Part shown: in pieces, positions 51,884-64,000 of the stretch
Layout: the number at the start of each line of letters is the position of its first letter
Numbering within the stretch: the stretch's first letter is position 1
Source: Lama glama
Taxonomy: Eukaryota
Assembly: GCA_028534125.1 (NCBI GenBank)
Contig: CM052817.1
Location: 41,976,001-42,040,000 of the forward strand
Length of the DNA: 64,000 nt
Direction of reading: 5' to 3'
Notes under the pieces: model-generated
Told to the model about the DNA's origin: nothing
Seen by the model: the letters and a program-made list of their open reading frames with translations, nothing else
The model's database searches: none
Made by a program: the position numbers and the translations under genes

Positions 51884-54324
51884 TCTGACACAGAGAGAAA
51901 GATGCTGCATTTAGGATGAAGTTAAAATCTTTCGTCAGAAGTAAATAGATTAATCTGTGATATAACTTCAGCTCCATTCTGAGACATTTTGTATTATGTG
52001 CTCCTATAAATGAAATATGTATAATCAGGGAAAGTTTAAGTAATTAGTCTCCTACTTGGGCTGGTTATATTTCATATCTTTTAGTATTACCCACTCATAC
52101 ATTTTTTTAAGACCAAGCTTTAACTGTTATGAAAACAGTTATCGAATGTATATTAAAATTTGGCAGAGTTGATAGCCTAAGTTATCATTGATTCATAACA
52201 AAACAAACCACAAGAATGCTCACTTGCAAGTGACTTATCCGAACATGCCCCCATAAACTGTATTTAAACGCTGTTGATTTTTATCTCAGTGCAAACACTG
52301 GAGCATCCATGTTAGTAAAGAGAGAGAAAAATCATCGAGAATTGACTCCAGAGCCTTAGCTATTAGCCAGAATAATCTGAATTTTAATCTTGGATCTCCC
52401 CTTTTGTGGCTATGCCATATTGAGTAAATCACAAAATCTCTCCAAAGCCTGCTCTCTTCTTTGTAAACAGAAAGTGAGAACTATTCAGCTTATGAGTTAC
52501 ATTAAAGAATGAAATGAGAAAATGCATATCAAAAAATTTAGCACAATGCTTGGCATGTAGTAAGTTCTTGAATAGACTTTGAATTCTACTCCTGTTCTTA
52601 CACTACTTATTTGAAAATCTTAACTAGTAATTTATGTGTAACACTCAACATTTATTATAATTGTAACTGAGAGTTAATAAAAATACAGTGCAATTCCCTC
52701 TTAAAACATGTGCATTAATACTGTCTACTATTAATATGAATGAAATGCTTTAAATTTAAAAGATAAATATATAATATATGCTATATTATATGTACCATAT
52801 ATGCTATATATAAAGCATATACATTTATTGATAAAGCATATATGTGCTACATATATTATGTATTTAATTTTCCAACTTTTCTACCTTAGCATTCACTCTA
52901 TTACCTCCTTTACGTCCAGGAAGGCAGTACTCCCTGTATGAAAGACTAGCAGATAACAAACCACAGCCCACATTGAAACATATTCCCACATTAATTCAAC
53001 AGCTGATATTATGTCAAGGGTGTATCTTTTTCAGAGGCACTAGGCATACAATAGAAGAGATATGACAAGCCTATTTCATCTCTGTATCACCTAGAGATCT
53101 TAGTATTGTACGTAGGAAATAGTAGGCGTTCAAAAAGTATTTACTGACCAGAACTACATCCCATACATGGTGAAAGATAGGGGGAGATGATAAGGTAGAT
53201 TAAAAAACTTAATAATACAAAAAAAAAAGTCCCATATGCTATTAACTGATATAAAAATATTTTACTCTGTTTTAATACATATTACTGATAGTTACATATT
53301 GGTACAATAGTACTTTATGCAATTTATAAAAATTTAGGTGTGAATTTGGGTTCAAATAATGTTTTACTAATAGGACTGGTTTTAAAAGGTATGGAGACTT
53401 TGGCAAGGGGTGGTGCTGAAACAGTTCTCAGCCATCTACCTATACATCCATCTACCTATTGATCCATCCATCCTTTTTTTTTTCCAGCTTGGAACTTCTC
53501 TCACCCGAAATTCTTGTTTATATTCAGATGTGATGGAAGAGAGAAAAGAAGGTATGATTGATCATCAGTGGACATAAAATGGATTGTGAAAGGCTCTTAG
53601 CATATAATTCCCCAAGTCTCATAGGTACCACACAAATTATATCATTAAAGTAACTCTACTTGTCAAACTCTTAATATGCATTTGAAATACTTCACAATTC
53701 ACAGTTGTGGATTGTCTTGATATACAGTTTGCACCTCTCTTGCCGAATTAAAGCAATCACCTTCTTATAAGTCCTCAATAAGATTTGTAGGGGTTTTGGA
53801 TTGTTATTTTTGGTTTGTCTGTTTTCCTAAAAGAACTATACCTGTCTTTCCTTATGGATGAACCCAATACTCTAATTCACTGACTTAGGGGCTTTTTTCT
53901 TACTAATTTTCTGTTACAGATTGTCTCCTACACAGTTGATCTTCCCTTAGAAAGATGAAAAATAAATATATAATATATAATGTATGTGTTGTAAATATAT
54001 ATGGAATTGAAATTTAAAAGGATGTGATAAATATAATTCATGTTTTAAATAATTTTGTTATTTACCAATAATTCAAATAATTTTATTCTTACTAATATTA
54101 ATATTTTAATTGAGAGCAATGTGATTGTTTTGTAATTTTTAACTTGATCAACCCTTTGTGCTACTCACATGCTAGTATTCTAAGCTATGGGTCTAAATTC
54201 ATTATGTTTCAATATGTGACTTTAAAAAGCTGTTGTAACTGCAAGATATTCTTCATAAGCTACATAGACCCATAAGGGAGAGATCAATGCAGGCTCTGAT
54301 TATTGAATTACAGTATCTTTTTAC

Positions 54325-54640
54325 ATGACACAAATGAACTTGTTTGCAAAACAGAAACAGACTCATAGACATAGAAAACAAATGTATGGTTGCCAAGGAG
54401 GAGAGGGAGGAGAGAGGGATAAATTGGGAGTTCACGATTTGCAGATACACACTACTATATGTAAAATAGATAAACAACAAGGTCCTACTACAGAGCACAG
54501 GGAACTATATTCAATATCTTGTAATAGCTTATAATGAAAAAGAATACGAAAAGAAATATAAAGAAGTATAACCGAACTGCTATGCTGTACATCAGAAATT
54601 AACACATTGTAATTCAGCTAAACCTCAATCTAAAAAAATA
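54325..54640 (+). mobile_element. 5'-truncated L1 3' end (cetartiodactyl type)
   Basis: AAACAGAAACAGACTCATAGACATAGAAAACAAA..GCACAGGGAACTATATTCAATATCTTGTAATA..A tail. Confidence 0.88.
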
Positions 54641-55620
54641 GCCTTTCACAATCTCATCTGCTAATTATGTAAAAGAGTTTTGTTGAAATCCAGCAAATAC
54701 ATCTCTGTCTTCCCTGATAACAATCTCTCATGCTAGGTAGAAAGTGCTGTGCATCTTTAACTGGAGGAGACGTCTCATTTCCTCCAGTCCAATAGTTCCT
54801 GGTTCAGCCTCTAGTCCTGGGCCATGTGACTGCCTCCAAGATCTTGTTTTGGTTAAAGAGAAGGGAATGGTTTTGCTGTTGAGGCTGCAAATATTGTGTG
54901 TGCTTGCACACATATATGTATCCATACACATGCATGTATTTTGAGATTGGTTAAAAGCATGTGAATGACAATTGACACTTACCAATTGACCTGTGCCTCA
55001 ACAAAAATAAAAGTTTATATGAACCTCTCAAATGAGATTTTCTGATATAACAAAACTTGAAGATATGTTAGAGTAAGAAGGCAAGAGGGAAGGCAGGAAG
55101 AGAGAGACGGGAAAAGAGTTACTCTATGCTACAGCAGAGGGAATATTTACAATGTTAAGATGTAAGAAGGATAGAGTATAGGAGCAATAAAGATATGGCC
55201 GTATGTGTCTCCTTCCTAAGTACTTCATTTAGAATCTGATCCTCCTCTGGTTTCCAAATCCAGAGGTGGAAACCAGCCGTGATGAATGGACCATAATAAT
55301 TTCATGATACGCTTCATATGGTACCTCTCAGAATCACATACTATCTGGAGCATCATTTATGAGAGAGCAGGAATGTGCTGCACCCAAGCCCTTCTCAGTC
55401 TTAGTTTATAAGCTGCCTTCATAGTAAAAAAAAGAATTGCAAAATCAAATTTAAGCACATCTCATAGTAGCTTTTTTAAAAAGGCAGTCGGAGACGCTTC
55501 TTATTTTTCATATCCAATCCCATTCCTTTCATTAAAACTTGATTTTACAGGTAACTAAGTGGATTTCTTTCAACTGATTTTAAACACTCTCAGTTCATGG
55601 TGCAAACTTAATTCTGGCAG

Positions 55621-55719
55621 TTTGTTTTTGTTTGTGGAGGAGGTACTTGGGATTGAGCCTGGGACCTCGTGCTTGCTAAGCATGCATGCTACCACTGAGC
55701 TATACCCACCCCCAACCCC
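55621..55719 (-). mobile_element. tRNA-derived SINE
   Basis: Reverse complement of the same SINE body (..CCACTGAGCTATACCC..), with a T-rich tail and a degenerate AATTCT.. TSD. Confidence 0.85.
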
Positions 55720-56413
55720 AATTCTCGCTATTTCTGTATTTCCCTGAGAGCATCAGTTTTATCCAATGTTGAAAGGTTAACTTTAATAAATAAAAGAGCC
55801 AAAGGAATAAAATTCAAGGATTGAGATCTGTGATGCGTCAGACCATGTTGTCTCTTAATACATAAATGTACAAATATCCACTTTGCATGAAACTAAAGAA
55901 GCTATGAGTAAAGCTTTTATGTTAGAGCTAGAGGAAGCGTATTGAATGGTACAGACAAGGAAACAGGTGCAAAGCACTTAAGTTATTTGACCTCATTGTA
56001 GGCTTTGTTAGTGGTGAAGCAGGTGCTCCAGTGCATATTTCCTCCCTCTGAGACCAAGTTCCCTCCGTGAGCCTTACTACTTTCTCCTCACACAGAACAT
56101 AGCAGCAAAAGGGGCAGAGAGCTCAGTGTAAGGGTATACAAGTCCGCTTGCGCAACTGCCCAGTAGCCTGTAAAGGCTGCTAACGGGTCAGACTAGGAAC
56201 AATGGCAGCAGCGGTGCAATCTAGACAGTCTCCTAATTGCAACAGGAGGTCTGATAACTCCACTGTCTGGTAACAGTGATCACCCAGTACTTAAATCGTG
56301 CTTTAAGGACATATCAGTAACTTTCTCTTACGTTATTTTAAGCTCTAAACTTCAAGTGTCTAAAGCAGTAATTCTCAACCCAGGCTCCTTTCTTTAGGAA
56401 AATTGTTCTAAGA

Positions 56414-56932
56414 CAGTGTTCTCACAACTTTCCTGTTTATCAGTGTATTGCAGGTGCTCAAGGCCTGGCAGGTTCACAGATTCGGGCACTCTGAAGAACA
56501 CCTGCAGAGTCGGAGGTGTCTCTGACATGTCTTCACTGCGAGAGGAGTACACAGGCTTCGCTGGCGGCAGCAGGAAGCCCCGCCCACCTTACACAGCAAG
56601 GCAAACAAAGCCGGCACCCAGCCCATAACGACCTATGGGCTCACCAGTGCGCTTGCGTAGGGCAAGTCATCACCGCGTAACAACACATGGGTACTGCGCA
56701 TGCGGGTAGTATCGCTGAGTCACTAGGCACCGGGCATCTAGCGAGGGACCTGACTGACTCCATTTTCCCTACAATCCGAATCCCCTGGAGGGCTTGCTAG
56801 AACACAGAGTTCTGAGCCCCTGCCCAGGGTTTCTACTTCAGTAGGTCTGGGATGAGACCAGGGAAGTTGATGCATCTCAGGTGATGCTGTTGCTGCCAGT
56901 CCAGGGACCACGCTTCAAGAATCACTACTCTG
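56414..56932. mobile_element. MER5A-like hAT DNA transposon, split by an LTR
   Basis: Left piece CAGTGTTCTCACAACTTT..ATCAG. Right piece ATCCGAATCCCCTGGAGGGCTTG..CAGTAGGTCTGGG..CCAGGGACCACGCTTCAAGAATCACT. Confidence 0.75.
56444..56773 (-). mobile_element. 330-bp CpG-rich solo LTR (ERVL class, LTR18-like)
   Basis: TGTA...TACA termini, 5-bp TSD ATCAG/ATCCG, minus-strand start TGTAGGGAAAATGG. Confidence 0.78.
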
Positions 56933-58029
56933 AGCAGTTGATAAAAGCCCACTGGGTTCCTTCTTCCTTAATGATCTTTCCCCCACAGAAGGCAAGACTC
57001 TTTGACAACTAACTCTGTCAAGTCCCCTTCTGATCAGTGCCTATAACCTCTAGCACATGTATTTCCCTCTCAGTAGCTTTAGGAAGCCTCTAGCAGATTT
57101 TATCAGCTGGACTCTGCCATTTGCTTTTAGTTCTTAAAGAACAACATTCTTTCCCTTGAAACATTTCAAATACATTTAAACATAGTAACTGTCTAAAGAT
57201 GTGATATTTTTCCATAAACACACACTACATAAATGTTACACTACAGTGTCTCTTGTCCATGCTAGGCAGGCATGAGAGGGCACAGGTGAGTTATATTTTG
57301 CTTCTTCATGCAGTACAAATAAGTGGGTAAAAACAGCCCTGATACTCCTTCTTCTAAATGCATTAACTCAAGAAACCTGCTACTGGTTAATAGCAACTGC
57401 TATGCAAAGTCTGGGGAACACCAGGATAAACATAAATCCGGAAAATATGAGGCTCATAAATTAGTTCCTAAAAAAGGAATAACATTCATTGAGTGCCTAT
57501 TAGGAGCCAAACCATCACATGTTTTTAATTCACAAAATGGAACTCTGTGTTTTAGCAAGTGCTCCAGGTAATTCTTAGGCAGATTAACATTTGAGAACCA
57601 TTAATCTAAAGAAATAAATATTTGAATATTGGTATTTTAGGAGAAAAAGACCACTTTGGCATTTTAACAGGTCTGGTGAGGCTGGTGAGGTCTGCCCTGA
57701 AAGAGAAACACCAAATGAGACAAGGTAGCTTGGAACTTGGGGAGAATAATTTGGGGGGGCAGGCAGGAGTAATGTACAGAGGGAAAACAGAGTTGGTGTC
57801 TGTCTCAAGCAAGCTGTGTGTGTGCCCTGTTGCCCTATTGTGGGGTGCTCTCAAAGCATGCTCAGGGACCCCTTCTGGAGAGGTAACTGAGGATGCCTCT
57901 CCCCCCAGGGACTCCACCACTCTGAACGTCACAGGACAGCCTCACAAATATGTCAGAAAGTAGAGATGGAGTTAAAGAAATTGAGCTTGTGGGGAGGGAT
58001 TAGTGGGTACAAAATGGGATGGAGAGAGA

Positions 58030-58225
58030 GGGCTGCCTGAGTCAGACAGATTTCAGACTTAATTCCGATAGTCACTTCCTAGCTGGTGAGCTCAGGCAAA
58101 TTACTTAATCTAACTTGGGTTTTGTCCTTATCTAAAAGGGGATAATCATACCTACCTCAGAGAATTGCTGTGAGGATTAAAAGAGATAATGATGTGCTTG
58201 GCACCCAGTAGGAACTCAATTGTCC
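58030..58225. mobile_element. MIR
   Basis: GAGTCAGACAGA..GGCAAATTACTTAATC..GGGATAATCATACCTACCTCAGAGAATTGCTGTGAGGATTAAA. Similar MIRs lie near 52370-52570 and 47740-47930. Confidence 0.75.
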
Positions 58226-61200
58226 AAAGGCAGCTGGCAGACCCAGCTCCCCCTCCGGCATAATGGAACTAGTCCTACCTTCTTCCTTAAGTTGAAGCTT
58301 TTCTCCATGGGTTTTTGCTTTTCATTATCTGCTTTGTCTTGTGTGAATAGAAATGACCAGAGTGAAAGAGCAGAGTCCGCCCTGGAGAGTAGGTGGGAAC
58401 TGGGTTTGTATCAGCTTGTTCTCTCCTCCTGCTCCCCAACCTTGCCAGTCTGTCCCCTCCAGCGGGGGTGGAGTGGAGTTGGGGAGGGATGTGGGGCCCG
58501 CCGCAGGCATGTTTCTGTACTCCAAAACTCAGCCAGCTCTGCTTGGAGACTCAGCCTTAATTAAGCATTTACCTAGCATAACTCAGCAAATCTGTGTTTG
58601 AAGTAGAATGATCCTGAATAAAACTTAATTTCTCTCTTTCTTATTTTGCCTCAAAAAGGAAAAATGGACTCTTCAGGATGGAGGAGGCTTGGGTCATATT
58701 TCTTCTTCAATCTGCCTGACTTGGATTGGGGAATTTTTAAAGTAAATACTTATGATGCATAGATGACTTCTGCATGCCAGCTACCTGTCAAGTGTAGCAA
58801 GTACTCAGCCAGCTACTGCATTAGGTTTTGGTTTAAAGCCACTCTAAATGATTTATTGTTTTTAAATTATTTACGTGGCATTATTCCTTTCTTGTAAAAT
58901 GCAAAAGTGCTGTCAGGAACAGCACAGCAGCAAGCTTATGAATGGAACTACAAGTAAATCAAGGTAATTAGAAGCTTCAAGTTGCAAATACTGACAAGTT
59001 CTCCACCAGCCACCACTTCACTGACGATAATAAAATTTGCATGATTTCCTGACATTATACTCACCACATATTTTCATTGCACGCTCACTGTAATTACTTA
59101 GGGCATGATCTCACGCTCATGGCAAGCAGAACTCTCACTGAACCCAGCCGTGACTATTACAGATGCTTAGAAATGAAGCGGATGGAATTAAGGGAAGAGT
59201 TCCCTACATAGCTTTAGGGATCTGTGATGTATCAACTGAATTTTGACAGCTAAGAGAAAGAATATTCTCAACTACTCCTATGCTACAATCAGGTCAAATA
59301 TTATAATGAGACAAAGGTATCTCAAAGACAGGATTCAGGTCCTGAGTTATGTGACAGTTGATTTCTACAATTTGTTTTCTGGTTCTTCGATATAAAAAAG
59401 AAAAATTAAAGATGATTTTAATCCCTGATATGAAAGCACATTTAGACATAACTTTAGGTGATACTATGAAAAGAAAAATGTGTGTTATTCATCAAAAGTC
59501 AGAATGGACAATTAAAAGGAATTCAACACCCTAAAAGATCATGGCACCTCCAGATGTATAGGGTGACTAAAACATGTCAATTCAATGTCTGTAATCCTTA
59601 TCCAACCACTCATTTTGTCAGTTTACTTCTCAGCACTTGGCCCATCTCTCCTACATACCAGCACACGGATTCATACAGTCTCCATGTGCAGGCTCAGAAA
59701 ACCAAATTCATATCTGACCATTTACTCTTCTTTTCTAAACCCTAGAGCCCCCAACCTATAGCTGTCTCAGTAGAGAAGCTGTCTCAATAGAGAACTATAT
59801 TATAAAATATGTAACAGAGTTTCAATGATGAACACACTGTGTACACTAAAACTTGGAAGACAGAGACAAAAACAAACAAACAAAAACCCTGATTTGATTA
59901 TTCTCAGCTTTGCCTTGTGATCCTGAAAGATTTAATCCCTCAACCTGCAAAGGAGGAAATTAGTCATTCACATGCAGCGGTTGTGAGGGCTAAAGAGATA
60001 AGATGAAGCACTGAGCACTGTACTTGGCCTGCAAGAAGTAATGATCAATTATGAGTGGAAAGATAGAGCTAATTATCCAGAAATGGCCTCTCTTATTTCG
60101 TAGGTCTTTTAGCAAGTCCACATAGAATAGAATGCCTTACTATGGAAAGTTAGTGTCTGAGTTAAGACAAAACTACTAGAGAGCAAGAAAAGGAGCTTTA
60201 TTTTTTAGAATTTAACAACACTCCACCAGACTTGAAAAAAAAGGAGAATTTTAGGAATGAGTCATCTCTACCCCCTGTGCATGGAAAGCAACTTGGTGGC
60301 ATAAAATAAAAGTATTAGAAGTTATCCCCCCAAATCACAGTGCTCCCAAACCCAAAGGTATATGTACTGGTAAATCCCTGAAGTAATGAAATTCACCAAC
60401 AATCCCCAGATCTTAGCCTGGTCGAAGTTACAACCATAGTTACTGATTTACTTCCTCTGCAACTGTGACAATGCAGATATCTCTTGACTTTGTGTGACTA
60501 TGCTGGGGCGAGGGTGCTTTTGTAATGGTAAGGTATATGAACTTGTAGTAACATATTTGCAATCTTTAGAAAAATGGAATAAAAGTCCATTGTAAATACT
60601 TTGTGTTAATTATCGTAAAAGATTACATCAAGCTCTGCGGTAGGTTTACTCATCTTTAATTATATCCATTTTTAAACCAGTAGTAACTTATGAGATTTCT
60701 GGAATGTGTTTAGTAATCCACTGAGGAGACTGACTCAGAGTCAAAGAAGAAAGATTTTCAGTGTATCCAATTGCCGTGACTGTTGACTTCGGTCACTTGT
60801 TGCCCACACTTAAACATGAACAGAGAATGCATCAAGAGTACATAGTTCAATTAGCACAGAGCAAGCATGAAACTATTATGTAGATGGGACATATTTTTTA
60901 TTGGATCACATGAGTGCTCATAACTTCTGCTAAAAATATGTGCGTCATTTGTATTAAAGTGCCCTTTCCTTTGCCCCCTGCTGTATTTTGAAGACAAAAC
61001 AGACCATCTTTTGTAGAATCCAGCAGTCTGTTCATTTGTTGTTGTTGTTGATAACAATAGTGTTCTCATTGCTCCCACTCAAGAAATGGGGAAAATTCAT
61101 CTTTATCAGGCCCCTCAAAGACAAGACCACCAGCTTTCTGAATGAGCACCTCACTATTTGAATGTGTGACTTATCACTGAAATATTTTAGCACATCTGAA

Positions 61201-62079
61201 GGCAGTTCCAATGAGGGCTATTACCATGGTTTTCCATTTCAGTGAGATTTTCAAAAAGTGACTTAAATTATAATTAATGTAGCAGCTGGTCAATCAACAT
61301 GTTCACAACTAGTGAGTTTTATGTACTTTTGAAAGCTTAAATTTGGATAGTACCTTAGAGGCAATTTAAGATGCAACTTCCTGTATCTAGTATACTATAA
61401 ACATTTCTTTTATCTTTTTTTTTTGTCACATTTGTGTTTGTAACTGTAAGATTTTTTCCCCCTCTCTCCTTTAATTTGGAAAACATTCATTGTAAGAAAG
61501 AAAAACTAGTTTTAGAATTGAGTTTCTATATCAATAGATTAATAAGAGACAAATTAGGAAGTGTGATTTATTTGAGAAAAGTCAAGTTGAAAACAAGACA
61601 TAAATCCAGTACAATAGTTTCAGGTTTTGGTTGCCTCTAAATTGAAATAATCTCATCAACTCCTTCTACCCTAGAGTGGAATGTTATTAAAAGACCTTTG
61701 AGAGTTGGCCTATACCAGCAAAGAAAGTAAAGAAATCTTTGTTAAAGTTTTCATTCATTCAATTACCTATACTGATTAAACTGTGTCTTATTGGCATCCT
61801 CTCCCCGCCTTCCCTGCTGCCGTTTATAACTATTAAACAGATCATTTCCTAGTGCACCATATTCAAACGTTTGAAGAACTGTGTGTTCTACCAGAAGACT
61901 TTGTCTTATCCCTGTCCATCCACTAGACCCTTCCTAAAGGAAGCTTACAGAGGTCTGCCGAGTTTGGGTGGAAGAACAAAGAGTTCTCCATGACATTACT
62001 TACAGTCTAAACAGAAGTTCAGCCCTAAATGAAACCAACTTAGAAACTGGGCTGGAGGAGGAGCAGCAGAAAACCCAGC

Positions 62080-62585
62080 TGTGATGATTATTTTCATGTG
62101 TAAACTTGACTGGGTTAAGGGATACCCAGGTAACTGGTAAAACATTATTTCTAAATGGATTTATGAGAGCATGTCCAGGAGAGATTACCATTTAAGTGTG
62201 TAGACTGAGTAAAGAAGATCACCCTCCCCAAAAAGCGTGGACATCATTCAATCCACTGAGAACCCAAACAGAACAAAAAGGTAGAGGGAAGATAAACTCT
62301 CTCTGCTTGAGCTGGGGCATCCATCTTTTCCTGCCCTCGGACATCAGTGCTCCTGGTTCTCAGGCCTTTGGACATAGGCTGAATTATACCATTGGCTTTC
62401 TTGGTTATCTAGCTTGTGGATGATGGAATATGGGACTTCTCAGCCTCCCTATTCACATGAATCAATTCCTATATAAATCTCTTCTATAGAAAAATAGATA
62501 GGGATAGGTAGATACCTATATAAATATATAGATATAAATATATATCCTATTGGCTCTATTGCTCTACAGAAATCTGACTAATACA
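62080..62585 (+). mobile_element. MLT2-type solo LTR
   Basis: TGTGATGATTATTTTCATGTGTAAACTTGACTGGG ... CTGACTAATACA, with 5-bp TSD CCAGC/CCAAC. Confidence 0.88.
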
Positions 62586-63820
62586 CCAACTCACATTGCT
62601 GGGGAACTTTACAAATCATCAACTTAAACCCCATTGAGATGTCCAAGCCTTTCCAGTTAATTCACGAGAGGGGTAAGGTCAGGACACAGACTCACATCTG
62701 CCGATCGCAGCACTTCCTCTTAGGAGCAGTACACCCGTGGGTCCCAGCCTTGGAGGACATACACAGAAATGGAATACTTAACAGAAGAAGAAATCTTCTT
62801 TAGTCATTTTTGCATATTTGCACATAGTACATGTTTGATAAATATAATAAAATGCACAGCTTCTTAAAACTATAATAAAATGATTGCTTATGTATTAATC
62901 TGCTTTATTTTTATTTGCTACTGAACTGTGTGATTTGAAACATACCATTGAAGAATGAATGTATATTTGACCTACAAAATGAACTAAACCATGAATCAAA
63001 CAATTGTCAATTCAATGTATTGCATCCAGCAATAAGGATATACCATTTAAAATTTCACTCTATACAGCATTGTCAATGGAAGACTTTGGACTTAAATTAT
63101 CTAAGCCATATCCTTACATCTTTTGCAAAGGCAAATATCACCACAGAAAGACAATTTACTTCAAAGATGATTAGATTAAAGTTGGTTGCTAATGTTTAAA
63201 AATAAGGTTTAATATCAGAAAATATAATATAGAAGCTTGCCTGGCACAGTAAAGAATACATTATGACTTATGCCTGAGGCTTCAATCTTTTGCTTCATCT
63301 ATAAAGTCAGGATACTTTTTTGTGCTGTATATATGTGTGAATATATTTGTTTCTATAATTCAATATATGCATTCCTAAAAAAATCACTGCAATATGCAAA
63401 ATTATGCAATAAAAAGAACAGGAGAAAATGAGGGAGTTAGAAATACAACACTCAAAACTTTATCAGTGACACATTAAAAAAGGATAGGAACCTAATAAAA
63501 ATAATAGCACAGTTTATACACATTAAATGGTTAAGAAATATGTAAATACTATAATAAATATGTCATTTTACCTTAAAAAAAGTCTTACGTTCACTTATAC
63601 TTAAGTTTCCAGTATACTCTGTGTAATACAAAAAGATCAGAAAGAGGGAGAGGAAACAAATGAATAATACTTTTATCATAAAAGAAAGATAAAGAAAAAA
63701 AACAGAGAACAGAGAGGAAAAAAACACCAAAAAGCCTGTGAGGAGAAAGTGGAGAATGAAAGGAGGGAGGGTGCTGGGCTGTGGGAAGGGGTGTGGCTTG
63801 TGAGTTACTGTCAAGTGGTT

Positions 63821-64000
63821 TGTACTCATCTGCCCAGGTTGCCATCACAAAAACCTACAGACTGGGTGGCTTAAACAACAAAAATTTATTCCCTCACAGT
63901 TCTGGAAGCTCGAAGTCCCAGACTGAGGTTCTAGCAGACTCAGTCTCTGGTAAGGGCTCTCCTCATGGCCATCAGACCACTGGCTTCTCTGTGTCCTCAC
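63821..64000 (-). mobile_element. MaLR LTR (MLT1/MST-type), runs off the window
   Basis: ACAGACTGGGTGGCTTAAACAACAAAAATTTATT..CACAGTTCTGGA. Confidence 0.8.

Noticed and set aside
59760..59793. 17-bp tandem duplication (similar ones at ~22008-22038 and ~28427-28485)
   Set aside because: Ordinary two-copy slippage. No spacer-repeat array, so not CRISPR-like.
37300..64000. FGF5 exons or 3'UTR
   Set aside because: No FGF-like coding sequence seen. By human synteny the gene should lie beyond the right edge.

Overview
Mammalian genomic DNA, probably camelid (inferred from the tRNA-derived SINEs and L1 3' ends; not verified by search). It is AT-rich and repeat-dense. The only real gene is the 5' part of CFAP299 (C4orf22) on the minus strand: coding exon 1 (36900-37010) in a CpG island with RFX X-box-like motifs, a 16.6 kb intron 1, and exon 2 (20214-20344). 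Intron 2 runs off the left edge. The right 27 kb is intergenic and, if human synteny holds, points towards FGF5. The remainder is L1/L2/CR1/MIR fragments, a decayed two-LTR ERVL provirus, solo LTRs, young SINEs with target-site duplications (TSDs) and a POLR2K processed pseudogene. I found no new multi-gene system. The most unusual object is a TSD-flanked chimeric retrocopy in which the first 62 nt of Y3 RNA are fused to a full-length SINE (32399-32601). Other oddities are a composite inverted L1 end, an internal L1 endonuclease fragment with no poly(A), a poly(A)-only insertion scar, and a CpG-rich LTR18-like solo LTR inside a MER5A. Repeat family names come from remembered consensus sequences, and most repeat boundaries are approximate.
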